From positions 32,001 through 96,000 of the forward strand of contig CAVVJT010000003.1 of the NCBI GenBank assembly GCA_963748625.1: 64,000 nt of DNA, in the 5' to 3' direction. This document shows, piece by piece, positions 47,477 through 59,959 of the stretch. The notes under the pieces are model-generated. The model was given only the letters and a program-made list of their open reading frames with translations, was not told where the DNA came from and made no database searches. The DNA comes from an uncultured Chloroflexia bacterium (lineage in GTDB: Bacteria > Chloroflexota > Limnocylindria > Limnocylindrales > CSP1-4). Each line of letters begins with the position of its first letter. Within the stretch, counting starts at the first letter, position 1. The translations under genes were made by a program, and so were the position numbers.

Positions 47477-48226
47477 GTGCCGTCGTTCGAGATTCTGCCC
47501 GCGATCGACCTGATCGGTGGCCGGGTCGTCCGCCTGCGCCAGGGCGACTTTGCCCAGGAGACGTCGTACGACGATGATCCCGTCGGCGTCGCCCGCGGCT
47601 TCGCCGACGCCGGCGCGACGTGGCTCCACGTGGTGGACCTGGACGGCGCGCGGGCAGGGGAGCCGCGCCAGCTGGAGCTGCTTGCGGGCCTCGTCGCGGA
47701 GGTCCAAGGGCGCGTGCACGTGGAGGTTGGGGGCGGCCTCCGTACCGCGCAGGCGGTTGCCGGCGCGCTCGGCGCCGGGGTCAGTCGGGCGGTGGTCGGC
47801 ACGGCGGCTCTGCGGGATCCCGGCTTTGCCAGCGAGATTGTCGCCCGTCACGGTGCGGATCGCGTTGTCGCTTCCATCGACGTCCGCGACGGGTTCGCGC
47901 TCGGTGAGGGGTGGCGGGAGGGCGCTCCGGGCGTCCCCGTCGAAGCGGCCGTCGCGATGCTGGCTGCTGCTGGGATCACCACCTTCGAGGTGACGGCCAT
48001 CGAGCGCGACGGCCTTCTGAACGGCCCGGACGTCGAGCTCCTGCGGATGCTCGTCGCCCTCGATCGCGGCCGGATCATCGCGTCCGGCGGCATCGCGTCC
48101 ATCGACGACGTCATCGCCGTCCAGGCCGCGGGCTGCCAGGGGGCGATCGTGGGCCGCGCGCTGTACGAGGGCCGGATCGACCTCGCCACCCTGGTCAGGG
48201 AACTGCGCGGTCCCGAGGACGCCTAG
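47477..48226 (+). CDS. hisA: ProFAR isomerase HisA
   Basis: PAIDL.GG.VVRL.QG, LHVVDLDGA, VGGGLR, I.RDG.L.GPD, IASGG, GRALY. Confidence 0.95.
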   Translation: MPSFEILPAIDLIGGRVVRLRQGDFAQETSYDDDPVGVARGFADAGATWLHVVDLDGARAGEPRQLELLAGLVAEVQGRVHVEVGGGLRTAQAVAGALGAGVSRAVVGTAALRDPGFASEIVARHGADRVVASIDVRDGFALGEGWREGAPGVPVEAAVAMLAAAGITTFEVTAIERDGLLNGPDVELLRMLVALDRGRIIASGGIASIDDVIAVQAAGCQGAIVGRALYEGRIDLATLVRELRGPEDA

Positions 48227-48269
48227 CTCGGCGATCGCCCGGGCCCCGCACCCCGTCTGAACGAGGATG

Positions 48270-48296
48270 AGCCCCCGGCCGTGGCCAGGGGCTCGC
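48270..48296. terminator. Hairpin between convergent hisA and EF-G2 genes
   Basis: GAGCCCCCGGCC-gt-GGCCAGGGGCTC. Confidence 0.55.
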
Positions 48297-48318
48297 GTGC
48301 TGGTGATGCTCCCGAAGG

Positions 48319-50398
48319 TCAGTGGCCTTCGGGATGGTGGTCCTTCTTGTGGGCCTCGATGATCTTCTCGGCGAGGTTGCCCGGGACGTCCTCGTAGTGG
48401 TCGAGCACCGCGCTGAACGTGCCTCGCCCAGCAGTCAGGCTCCGCAGCTCGGTGGCATACGAGAAGAGCTCCGCCTGGGGCACATGGGCGCTGATGATCT
48501 GCACCCCGTCAGCGAGGTCCATACCCAGCACGCGGCCACGCCGGCCGTTGAGGTCACGGTTGACCTCGCCCATGTACTGCTCCGGGATCCGGACCTCCAC
48601 GGTCATGATCGGCTCGAGGAGCACCGGCTTGGCCAGGAGCACGCCGTCCTTGAGGGCCAATGACGCGGCGAGCTTGAACGAGAGCTCGTTCGAGTCAACC
48701 GGGTGGAAGGAGCCGTCGTACCAGGGTGGCCTTGAAGTCATCGAGCGGGTAGCCCGCCAGCACGCCTTCGGCCGCGGTCTCGCGGATGCCCTTCTCGATA
48801 CCCGGGAAGAAGTTCTTGGGCACCGACCCGCCGACGACCTTCTCCGCGAACTCGACACCCTGCGCCGGGTTCGGCTCGAGCTCGATCCAGACGTCGCCGA
48901 ACATGCCGTGCCCGCCGGTCTGCTTCTTGTAGCGGCCGTGCACCTTGGTGGTACCGCGGATCGTCTCGCGATAGGCGACCCTCGGCGTGCGCGTGGCGAT
49001 CGCCGCCCCGAACTTGCGCTTGAGGCGGTCGCAGATGACGGCCACGTGCGCCTCGCCGACGGCGCGCAGGATCTGCTCGCCGGTCCCGGAGCGCTCGACC
49101 CGCGCGCACGGCTCCTCCTCCAGCATCCGCTGGAGCGCCGGGCCCATCTTGTCAAGGTCCGCCTTGGAGACGGGATCGATGGCCACCTGCAGCGTGGGAT
49201 CCGGGAAGGAGATGGGGCCGAGCTTGAGAGCGGCGTCGCGCGTCGACAGCGTGTCGCCGGTCTCCGTGAGGCCCAGCTTGGCGACGGCGCCGATCTCGCC
49301 TGCGCGCAGCTCGGCGGCAGCCTCCTGCTCCTTGCCGTGGAGGAAGAGCAACTGGCCGATGCGCTCGTCCTCACCCTTGCTCGCATTGAAGATGACGCCC
49401 TGGCTCTTGAGGGTGCCCGACAGGACGCGCAGGTAGGTGAGGCGCCCCACGAACGGGTCGGCTGCCGTCTTGAACACGCGCACGAGGAGCTGGCTGCTCT
49501 CGGCCGGGACCTCGACATCCTTGCCAGCCTTGTCGGTGGCGGCGAACGGGCCCTCCTCCTCGGGGGAGGGAAGGTACCGCACGAGGGCGTCGAGCAGGGC
49601 GTTGAGCCCGATCCCCTTGGCCGCGGACGCGACGAGCACGGGCGCAAGGACGGAGTTGCGCACGCCCTTGTGCAGGCACGCGTCGAGCTCGGCGTCGGTG
49701 ATCTCCTCCTCGGCCAGGTACTTCTCGAACACGGCGTCGTCAGCCTCGGCCGCAGCCTCGAGGAGCTGGTCACGGCGCGTCGCGACCTCGTCGGCCATGT
49801 CGGCCGGGATCGGGATCTCGACCTCCGTGCCTCCCTCGAGCCTGTAGGCCTTGCGGTGGACCAGGTCCACGTAACCGCTGAACGTGTCGGCGGCGCCGAT
49901 GGTCAGGTGGAGCGGGGCGACCTTGTTGCCGAAGGCAGCCCGCAGCTCGTCGAGCACGCGCAGCGGGTCCGCATTCTCACGGTCGCACTTGTTGATGACG
50001 AAGCAGGCCGCCGTGCCGGTGGTCCGACCGGTCTTCACGGCCGTCTCGAGTCCGGACTCCACGTGGCCGGAGGCATCGACCACGAAGACGGCGGCATCCG
50101 CGGCATGGAACCCCGAGATCACCTCGCTGATGAAGTCGGGGTAGCCGGGGGTGTCCACGAGCGTGATCTCGTGCTCGCCGTGCTCGAACGTGCCTACCGC
50201 GAGCGACAGCGACCGGTGCTGCTTCTGCTCCTCTGGCTCGAAGTCCAGGTGCGCGGTCCCGTCATCGACCCTGCCCAACCGGGGGATGGCACCGGCCCGG
50301 AACATGACCTGCTCCGCAAGGGTCGTCTTTCCGCTCCCGGCGTGGCCGGCGAGCACGACGCTGCGGATGTGGGCGAGATCGTGGCTCTTCAACGTCAT
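48319..50398 (-). CDS. Elongation factor G-like protein (EF-G2 subfamily), frameshift near 48721
   Basis: GHAGSGKTT, DTPGY.DF, NKCD, KKQTGGHG.FGDV, LAGYP; continues YDGSFH.VDS.E...LLEP...RRGR; lacks the RGITI effector motif (HRSLS). Confidence 0.92.
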
Positions 50399-50751
50399 CG
50401 CGCGCGAATCCTCTCGATGGGCTCCCGGTTGGCCGGCATCCCGGCCGCGCGGGGACAGCGTGGCGTATGTGCGCAGGCAGATGCCCGATCGGGCCCTCGC
50501 AGCCGGGTTGCGGCCCGGCGGCGGATCCCTTGCCGCCGATGATAGTCGGTATTCGATCGCGCCCGGACCCCTCGGACAACCCCTCGGAACCGGCGCCGGC
50601 CCGCGGGATGGGCGCGTGACCGCGAGCCTGGTGACGTTCGCCACTTCCGCTGGCAGGTCCGAGCCACGATGCTCCGTGACCGAGGATCGCAGATGACTCC
50701 GGCGTCGCCGGGGCGGACTCCCCCGGACCTGTCGGAGCACGGCGTCCGGCC

Positions 50752-50933
50752 TAGTGCCCAACGGGACTGTGTTCAGCGGAACGTCATCGGCGACCTGGTT
50801 CGGGGACGGCCAGACCCTCACTGCCGGTGGCGCCGTCGGCCTGGGCGGTGACCGGCGTCTCGATGTCTATGCCGGGGGGACCTCAGGATCGAAGACCCAG
50901 TTCACCGTGGACATCACCGGCTACTACCGCTGA
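50752..50933 (+). pseudogene. Degenerate fragment of a secreted/surface protein C-terminal beta-domain
   Basis: VPNGTVFSGTSSATWFGDGQTLT...LDVYAGG, frame break, then KTQFTVDITGYYR-stop; no intact start. Confidence 0.45.
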
Positions 50934-50954
50934 CCACTCGGTATACTCCGGCCG

Positions 50955-51704
50955 ATGTCAGGACATTCCAAGTGGTCAACGATCAAGCGCCAGAAGGGCG
51001 TCAACGACTCCAAGCGCAGCGCCATGTTCACCAAGGTCGCCCGCGAGATCGCGGTTGCGGCGAGGGCTGGCGGCGGTGACCCCGACGCCAACTACCGTCT
51101 TCGCCTGGCCGTGGACAAGGCGCGCTCGATCAACATGCCCCTTGACAACATCAAGCGGGCCATCGAGAAGGCGACGGGTGGAGGCGAGGCCGAGCAGTTC
51201 GAGGAGATCGTCTACGAGGGCTATGGCCCGGGCGGCATCGCAGTCCTGGTCGAGGCGGCGACCGACAACCGCAATCGGACTGCGGCCGAGGTTCGCTCGA
51301 TCTTCACCAAGTCCGGCGGCCAGCTCGCCGCATCGGGTGCCGTCGCGTGGCAGTTCGAGCAGCGCGGGCTGATCACGATCGACCGGGCCCCCAACGACCC
51401 GGATGAGATCGCCCTGGCCGCAATCGACGCCGGCGCCGCCGACGTGGACACCGAGGCCGACCCGATCGAGATCTGGACCGAGGCGTCTGAGCTGTTCACG
51501 GTGCGCAAGGCTCTCGAGGACGCCGGCTACAAGGTCGAGGATGCCGAATCCGCGATGGTCGCCAAGCAGACGACGGTTCTCGATGCCGGCCACTTCCGGA
51601 AGGTGATGCGGATCGTGGACTCGCTCGAGGAGCTCGACGACGTCCAGCGCGTCACCACCAATGCGGACATCCCGGAGGAGCTCCTGGCCGAGTTCAGCGA
51701 GTGA
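50955..51704 (+). CDS. yebC: YebC/PmpR family protein
   Basis: MSGHSKWSTIKR.K, YEGYGPGG, TDNRNRT. Confidence 0.97.
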   Translation: MSGHSKWSTIKRQKGVNDSKRSAMFTKVAREIAVAARAGGGDPDANYRLRLAVDKARSINMPLDNIKRAIEKATGGGEAEQFEEIVYEGYGPGGIAVLVEAATDNRNRTAAEVRSIFTKSGGQLAASGAVAWQFEQRGLITIDRAPNDPDEIALAAIDAGAADVDTEADPIEIWTEASELFTVRKALEDAGYKVEDAESAMVAKQTTVLDAGHFRKVMRIVDSLEELDDVQRVTTNADIPEELLAEFSE

Positions 51705-52342
51705 TCGTCCTCGGGATCGACCCCGGGACCGCCGCCCTCGGCTACGGCGTGGTGGAGCGGAAGGGGTCCAGCCTCCGTGCCGTCGATTTCGGCTGCGTCA
51801 CAACCAGCCCCGACGTCCCCCTGCCCGAGCGTCTCGCGGTGATCCACGCCCACGTGGCGGAGCTCGTGGAGACGCACCACCCCGACATCCTGGGCGTGGA
51901 GCGACTGTTCTTCTCGCGCAATGCCCAGTCCGCCTTCGGCGTGGGCCAGGCGCGCGGCGTCGTGCTGCTGGCCGCGGCGCAGGCGGGGATCCCTGTCCGC
52001 GAGGCAACGCCCAACGAGATCAAGGTTGCCGTGACGGGCTACGGCAATGCCGACAAGGAGCAGGTCGGGCGGATGGTGGCGGTGATCCTGGAGCTGGCCG
52101 AGGTGCCCACGCCTGACGACGCCGCGGACGCCCTCGCCTGCGCGATCTGCATCGCGAACGCCGAGCGGCCCGGTGATCGCATCAACGCAGGGACGGCGCG
52201 CGCGACCGTGCTCGATCGAGCCGCGGTCGCACCGATCACACGCGGGGAGACGGCGTACGAGCAGGCCATCCGCGAGGCACTCCAGGCCGAGGCGAACGCC
52301 ACCGGCACCAAGCGCGCCGGCACGCGCACCACGAAGCGCTAG
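51701..52342 (+). CDS. ruvC: Holliday junction resolvase RuvC
   Basis: LGIDPG...GYG, E.LFF..N, QARGV, K..V.GYG.A.K.QV, PDDAADALA. Confidence 0.96.
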   Translation: MIVLGIDPGTAALGYGVVERKGSSLRAVDFGCVTTSPDVPLPERLAVIHAHVAELVETHHPDILGVERLFFSRNAQSAFGVGQARGVVLLAAAQAGIPVREATPNEIKVAVTGYGNADKEQVGRMVAVILELAEVPTPDDAADALACAICIANAERPGDRINAGTARATVLDRAAVAPITRGETAYEQAIREALQAEANATGTKRAGTRTTKR

Positions 52343-52361
52343 CAGCCGAGGGGACCAGGTC

Positions 52362-52955
52362 GTGATCGCCTCCGTCGAAGGCGTCGTGGGCGCCATCGCC
52401 GCCGACTCGCTGGTCATCGAGACCGGCGGGATCGGCTACCGCGTCTTCACGGCGCCCGCCGTCATCTCCACGGCCACCAGCGGCGGCCGCCTCAAACTGC
52501 ACACCTACCACCTCGTCCGCGAGGACCAGCAGGCGCTGTTCGGTTTCCGCACGTCGGAGGAGCTGGGGTTCTTCAATCTTCTGCTCACCGTGACGGGGGT
52601 CGGACCGAAGGTCGCGCTGGCGATCGTGGGTTCGCGCCCGACGGCCGACCTGCAGCTCGCGATCCTCCAGCAGGATCAGGCCGTGCTGACGTCGATCCCG
52701 GGCATCGGCAAGAAGACGGCCGAGCGGATCATCTTCGAGCTCAAGGAGAAGGTGTCGGCCGCCGGCGTGGCCGCCGGAAGCGCGGGCTCCATGGTCACGG
52801 CATCCGAGAACGAGGTTGTGGCTGCGCTCCAGGCGCTGGGCTACTCGATTGGGGAGGCGCGCGAGGCGTCGCGCCTGGCCGTCGGGGATCCAGCCGTCGG
52901 CCCAGGCCTCGAGGAGCGCGTGAAAGCGGCCCTGCGCACCCTGCTGCGGGGCTGA
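52362..52955 (+). CDS. ruvA: Holliday junction branch migration protein RuvA
   Basis: GGIGY, VRED...LFGF, V.GVGPK.AL, PGIGKKTAERI..ELK, AL..LGY. Confidence 0.96.
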   Translation: MIASVEGVVGAIAADSLVIETGGIGYRVFTAPAVISTATSGGRLKLHTYHLVREDQQALFGFRTSEELGFFNLLLTVTGVGPKVALAIVGSRPTADLQLAILQQDQAVLTSIPGIGKKTAERIIFELKEKVSAAGVAAGSAGSMVTASENEVVAALQALGYSIGEAREASRLAVGDPAVGPGLEERVKAALRTLLRG

Positions 52956-53002
52956 GCGGCGGGCAGCCCGCCGACCGCCCACAGACGGCGTAGCATCCCC
53001 GG

Positions 53003-54190
53003 ATGCGGATCGTCCTCGCCGCCAACCCGGGCTACGGCCACGTGCTGCCCCTGCTGCCCCTCGCCGTTGCCGCGCGGGCCTCGGGCCATGATGTCCGGTT
53101 CCTCGGTGGTGAGAGCCTGGCACCGGTGGTCGAACGGCATGGGTTCGCGTTATACCCGGCCGGCCCACCCGACCTCGGCGCCGTGATGCGCCTCGTACCC
53201 GAATCCACCGGGCACACCGGCCGGCGCCACGCGGCGCTGATCTGGGGCCGGGGCTTCGCAGGCGCCGTCGCACCCGAGACAGCGCGCGGGCTCCTGGCGC
53301 TGGCCGCCACCTTCCCGCCCGACCTCGTGGTGCACGAGGACAGCGAGCAGGGCAGCTGGATCGCCGCCGAGCGGCTCGGGATCCCGCACGTCGCGCTCCA
53401 GGTGACCGCCTGGCGCAGCTCCGGGCTGCGCCTGTCCGACGGACCGTTGGGCGAGCTCCGAGCTGCGCTCGACCTGCCTGCGGATCCCGGGCTGGGGCGG
53501 TGGCACCGCAACGGCTTCCTGGCGACGCGGCCGTCCGTGCTCCACGACCCCGACGACCCGCTTCCGACCACCGCCGTCGAGCTGCGACCGGTCGCGCTGG
53601 ACGAGGCGGCGGATGATCCCGAGCCCCCGCTGCCGCGCAAGGCGCCTGGGAGGTTCCGGGTCGCGGTGACCCTCGGCACGGTGCTGCCCGGTCGGGGCCA
53701 GGCGATTGACGGGCTGGTTGCTGCGCTCAGGGACCTGGGCGTCGAGATCGTCGCCACGGTTGGACCGGGCGTCGATCTCGCCGGTGTGCCGCCCGATGAT
53801 GACGGACCGCTGGTCCGCATCGTGCCCTACGCGCCGATGTCGCGGCTCCTGCCGACCTGTGACGCTCTCGTCTTCCATGGCGGATCTGGAACGATGATGG
53901 CGGCGCTGACCGAGGCCGTCCCGATGGTGCTGCTCCCCGCAGCCGCGGACCAGCACGAGAATGCCGCCCGGTGCGTGGCGGCCGGTGTGGGTATCGCCAT
54001 CGACCCAAGCGAGCGGTCGCCCGAAGCCGTCGCGGATGCCGCACGACGACTCCTGGGGGCGTCCCCGTTCCACGTCGCCGCACGTGCTGTCCGCGACGAC
54101 CTCCTCCAGATGCCGCCCCCGGAGCAGCTCCTGCCCCGCCTCGAAGCGCTCGCCGCCGCGGGGCCGGACGGCGTCCTCGCGCCGGCCTGA
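53003..54190 (+). CDS. GT1-family (EryCIII/MGT-like) glycosyltransferase
   Basis: GHVLPLLPLA.A....GHDV, VTLGT, HGGSGT, P...DQ..NA. Confidence 0.88.
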   Translation: MRIVLAANPGYGHVLPLLPLAVAARASGHDVRFLGGESLAPVVERHGFALYPAGPPDLGAVMRLVPESTGHTGRRHAALIWGRGFAGAVAPETARGLLALAATFPPDLVVHEDSEQGSWIAAERLGIPHVALQVTAWRSSGLRLSDGPLGELRAALDLPADPGLGRWHRNGFLATRPSVLHDPDDPLPTTAVELRPVALDEAADDPEPPLPRKAPGRFRVAVTLGTVLPGRGQAIDGLVAALRDLGVEIVATVGPGVDLAGVPPDDDGPLVRIVPYAPMSRLLPTCDALVFHGGSGTMMAALTEAVPMVLLPAAADQHENAARCVAAGVGIAIDPSERSPEAVADAARRLLGASPFHVAARAVRDDLLQMPPPEQLLPRLEALAAAGPDGVLAPA

Positions 54191-54196
54191 CGGACG

Positions 54197-56236
<2,040 letters not shown>

Positions 56237-56278
56237 ACCGGCCATCATTGCACGCGTATGCAGCGTCATGTCGCAAGT

Positions 56279-56292
56279 AGAACATCTGTACC
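56279..56292. promoter_or_regulatory. LexA (SOS) box candidate upstream of ruvB
   Basis: AGAAC-ATCT-GTACC resembles the Gram-positive/Chloroflexota GAAC-N4-GTTC box and overlaps the -35 region of the TAGACT promoter (56311). Confidence 0.65.
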
Positions 56293-56323
56293 AAATGTTG
56301 TCTGACCTGCTAGACTCCGCGCG

Positions 56324-57397
56324 ATGACGGACGACCCGATGAGCCTCCTGACGGCAGGCGCAACAGACCCCGAAGACCAGGCCGTGGAAGGGTCGCTGCG
56401 CCCGCGTACGCTGGACGAGTACATCGGCCAGAAGGACGTCAAGGCGAGCCTCGCGGTCCTGCTCGCGGCCGCGAAGGGGAGGGGAGAGGCCGCCGACCAC
56501 GTCCTGCTCTACGGCCCTCCCGGCCTCGGCAAGACCACGCTCGCCACGATCATCGCCCGGGAGCTCGGCGTCAACGTCAGGTACACGAGCGGGCCGGCGG
56601 TCGAGCGTGCAGGTGACCTCGCTGCCATCCTCACCGCGCTCGACGAGCGGGACGTCCTGTTCATCGACGAGATCCACAGGCTCAACCGCGCGGTGGAGGA
56701 GATCCTCTACCCGGCGATGGAGGACTACGCCCTCGATGTGATGATCGGCAAGGGTCCCAGCGCGCGGAGCCTGCGCCTGAGCCTGAAGCCCTTCACCGTG
56801 GTGGGCGCCACTACCCGCGCCGGGCGGATCAGCAGCCCGCTGCGCGACCGCTTCGGGATGACCTACCGGCTGGACTTCTACGGTGAGGACGAGCTGACGG
56901 CGATCGTCCGGCGCTCGGCGGGCATCCTCGGCGTGGAGATCGACCCTCCGGCGGCGCGGCTCATCGCGATGCGCGGCCGCGGCACCCCGCGCATCGTGAA
57001 CAGGCTCCTGCGCCGAGTCCGGGACCATGCGGAGGTCCACGGTGACGGCCGCATCCACGAGCAGGCGGTCATCGAGGCGATGGCCGTTCTGGACATCGAT
57101 GACCTCGGCCTGGACACCACTGACCGCAAGCTGCTGGCCGCGATCATCCAGAAGTTCCAGTCCGGTCCTGTCGGAGTCCAGGCGCTCGCGGCCGTGCTGG
57201 CCGAGGAGACCGAGACCGTCGAGGACGTGTACGAGCCGTACCTGATGCGTCTCGGCTTCCTTGACCGCACCCCGCAGGGCCGCATCGCCACCGAGGCGGC
57301 GCGCAACCACCTGGCGTCGCTGGGCTTCGAGGTGCCGCCGCCCCGCCGCCCCGAGCCCGAGACGCCGGCGCTCTGGGACAACCTCCCCGCGCAGTGA
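56324..57397 (+). CDS. ruvB: Holliday junction DNA helicase RuvB
   Basis: [44 protein letters not shown]. Confidence 0.98.
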   Translation: MTDDPMSLLTAGATDPEDQAVEGSLRPRTLDEYIGQKDVKASLAVLLAAAKGRGEAADHVLLYGPPGLGKTTLATIIARELGVNVRYTSGPAVERAGDLAAILTALDERDVLFIDEIHRLNRAVEEILYPAMEDYALDVMIGKGPSARSLRLSLKPFTVVGATTRAGRISSPLRDRFGMTYRLDFYGEDELTAIVRRSAGILGVEIDPPAARLIAMRGRGTPRIVNRLLRRVRDHAEVHGDGRIHEQAVIEAMAVLDIDDLGLDTTDRKLLAAIIQKFQSGPVGVQALAAVLAEETETVEDVYEPYLMRLGFLDRTPQGRIATEAARNHLASLGFEVPPPRRPEPETPALWDNLPAQ

Positions 57398-57435
57398 TGA
57401 CCTTGACCGTCCAGCCTCCGCGAGGTCGCTGACCG

Positions 57436-58596
57436 ATGCCCGGAGCCGCCTCCTACGAGGTCCTCGTGCCGCCGCCGGCGGACGGATCCACGCGTGCCCG
57501 GATCGGCCGCCTCGCGCTGCCCCACGGCGTGGTGGAGACGCCGCAGTTCATGCCGGTCGGTACCAACGCCACGGTGAAGGCCCTCCACCCGGATGAGGTC
57601 CGCGCCGCCGGCGCGTCGATCATCCTGGCCAACACCTACCACCTGTACCTGCGCCCGGGACACGAGCGCATCCGCGACCTCGGCGGGCTGCACGGCTTCA
57701 TGGGCTGGGACGGGCCCATCCTCACCGACTCGGGCGGGTTCCAGGTGGTCTCGCTCGGCGACCTGCGGGTCATCGATGACGACGGGGTGACGTTCAAGAG
57801 CCACCTCGACGGCTCGGTCCACCGGTTCACCCCCGAGCACTCGATCGAGGTGCAGATGGCGCTCGGGCCAGACATCGCCGTCGCCTTCGACCAGCCCGTG
57901 TTCCCGAGCTCGCCGCGCAGGGAGGTCGAGGAGGCGATGCGCCGCACGCATGCCTGGGCCGAACGGTCGCTGCAGGCGCACACCCGCACGGACCAGGCCC
58001 TCTTCGGCATCGTTCAGGGTGGGCTTGACCCGGAGCTCCGGGAGATCTCGGCCAGGTTCGTGCGGGGCCTCCCCTTCGACGGGATCAACATCGGCGGGCT
58101 GGCCGGGGACGAGACACCGGAGCAGCGCAACGACACCCTCGACGCGACTATCCAATACCTCGAGGACGACCCCCGTCCGCGGTACCTGATGGGCCTTGGC
58201 TCACCCCTCGACCTGCTCGAGGCGGTCCACCGCGGCGTGGACCTGTTCGACTCGGTGCTGCCGGCACGGGTCGCCCGGAACGGGCAGCTCTGGGTCCCGG
58301 GGGAGCGGCTCAATCTGCGCAACGAGCGCTTCCGCGATGATCCCAGGCCGGTGCAGGAGGGATGCCCGTGCCCCCTCTGCACCCGGTTCTCCAGGGCGTA
58401 TCTCGCGCACCTGTTCCGGGCCAAGGAGATGCTGGCCTACCGGCTCGCAACTTGTCACAACCTGACCTTCACCCTAGACTTCATGGCTAGGATCCGCGCC
58501 GCGCTGCGCGCCGGAACCTTCCCCGACCAATTGCCCGAACTGCGCGCCCGTGCCGTCCGGATGAGTGGCGGAGAAGTGCCGGCTAAGCGCGCGTGA
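57436..58596 (+). CDS. tgt: tRNA-guanine(34) transglycosylase
   Basis: FMPVGT, ANTYHL, TDSGGFQV, GIVQGG, RYLMG, CPCPLC...HN zinc site. Confidence 0.96.
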   Translation: MPGAASYEVLVPPPADGSTRARIGRLALPHGVVETPQFMPVGTNATVKALHPDEVRAAGASIILANTYHLYLRPGHERIRDLGGLHGFMGWDGPILTDSGGFQVVSLGDLRVIDDDGVTFKSHLDGSVHRFTPEHSIEVQMALGPDIAVAFDQPVFPSSPRREVEEAMRRTHAWAERSLQAHTRTDQALFGIVQGGLDPELREISARFVRGLPFDGINIGGLAGDETPEQRNDTLDATIQYLEDDPRPRYLMGLGSPLDLLEAVHRGVDLFDSVLPARVARNGQLWVPGERLNLRNERFRDDPRPVQEGCPCPLCTRFSRAYLAHLFRAKEMLAYRLATCHNLTFTLDFMARIRAALRAGTFPDQLPELRARAVRMSGGEVPAKRA

Positions 58597-58638
58597 AGTC
58601 CGTGTCGGTACCGTCGCACATGCGTGGAGGCATCAGGA

Positions 58639-58794
58639 ATGGGCTCACGGGATCGCCCCCACAAGGAAGTCAAGAAGAAGCCGAAGGACAAGTCCGCGTC
58701 GCACAACCTGACGCCGCTTTCGGAGCCTCCGCAGCAGACGGAGGTCATCAAGAAGGATCGGAAGCCGCGGCACGCGGACGATACGGACAGCTGA
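58639..58794 (+). CDS. Small Lys-rich hypothetical protein (51 aa, below ORF-track cutoff)
   Basis: GGAGG RBS; MGSRDRPHKEVKKKPKDKSASHNLTPLSEPPQQTEVIKKDRKPRHADDTDS; coding-like codon usage. Confidence 0.7.
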   Translation: MGSRDRPHKEVKKKPKDKSASHNLTPLSEPPQQTEVIKKDRKPRHADDTDS

Positions 58795-58863
58795 GGCGCC
58801 GGACGATCGGGCATCGAGTCCCGCTCGGCCGGGCCGCATGAGGCCCCAGGAGCGAGGACGAAG

Positions 58864-59934
58864 ATGACGGTGACCGGCAAGGACATGGACCGCGGCGGCG
58901 GCGCTGAGAAGGCAGCCGCCGAGCGCGGTCGCGCGGTGGACGCGGCGATCCTCGCGATCGAGAAGCAGTTCGGACGCGGCTCGATCATGAAGCTCGGCTC
59001 GGTCGAGCGGCAGTCGGTCGACTCCATCCCCACGGGCTCCATCGCCCTGGATCTCGCGCTCGGTGTGGGCGGGGTGCCGCGGGGCCGGATCTCCGAGATC
59101 TTCGGCCCTGAGTCCTCGGGCAAGACCACCGTCTGCCAGCACATCATCGCCGAGGCGCAGCGCAGGGGCGGCATCGCGGCCTTCATCGATGTGGAGCATG
59201 CGCTTGACCCGGGCTATGCCCGTGCCTGCGGTGTCAACGTTGACGAGCTCCTCGTGTCGCAGCCGGACACCGGCGAGCAGGCACTCGAGATCACCGAGAC
59301 CCTCATCCGGTCCGGCGGCGTGGACGTCGTCGTGGTGGACTCCGTGGCGGCCCTCGTGCCGCGCGCGGAGATCGAGGGCGAGATGGGCGACAGCTTCGTC
59401 GGCATCCAGGCCCGGCTCATGAGCCAGGCGCTGCGCAAGCTGACTGGCGCCGTGTCGCGCTCCAACACGAGCCTGATCTTCACGAACCAGCTGCGCGAGA
59501 AGATCGGCGTGATGTTCGGCAATCCGGAAACGACCCCTGGCGGTCGCGCGCTCAAGTTCTACGCGTCGGTCCGGCTCGACATCCGGCGCGTGGAGACGAT
59601 CAAGTCCGGCACGGACTCCGTGGGCAACCGCGTCCGGGTGAAGGTCGTGAAGAACAAGGTGAGCCCTCCGTTCCGCGTCGCGGAGTTCGACGTGATGTAC
59701 GGCGAGGGCATCTCCAAGGAGGGTGGCCTGCTGGACGTGGGCGTCGCCATGGACGTCGTCGCCAAGACCGGTGCCTGGTTCAACTTCGCGGAGACTCGTC
59801 TCGGTCAGGGTCGCGAGGCCTCCAAGGAGTTCCTCAAGGCCAATCCGGACGTTGCGCTCGAGATCGATCGGCGCATCCGCGCACGGATCACCGACGTGGC
59901 GCTGCCGGTTGAAGGGATCGAGGAGGCCAAGTAG
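58864..59934 (+). CDS. recA: Recombinase RecA
   Basis: [47 protein letters not shown]. Confidence 0.99.
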   Translation: MTVTGKDMDRGGGAEKAAAERGRAVDAAILAIEKQFGRGSIMKLGSVERQSVDSIPTGSIALDLALGVGGVPRGRISEIFGPESSGKTTVCQHIIAEAQRRGGIAAFIDVEHALDPGYARACGVNVDELLVSQPDTGEQALEITETLIRSGGVDVVVVDSVAALVPRAEIEGEMGDSFVGIQARLMSQALRKLTGAVSRSNTSLIFTNQLREKIGVMFGNPETTPGGRALKFYASVRLDIRRVETIKSGTDSVGNRVRVKVVKNKVSPPFRVAEFDVMYGEGISKEGGLLDVGVAMDVVAKTGAWFNFAETRLGQGREASKEFLKANPDVALEIDRRIRARITDVALPVEGIEEAK

Positions 59935-59959
59935 GGCCAGCCGCGACGGCGCGGATGCC

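Noticed and set aside
48695-48730. Programmed frameshift or truncation in EF-G2
   Set aside because: One extra base breaks the conserved TLYDGSFH motif; downstream domains are intact; likely assembly indel
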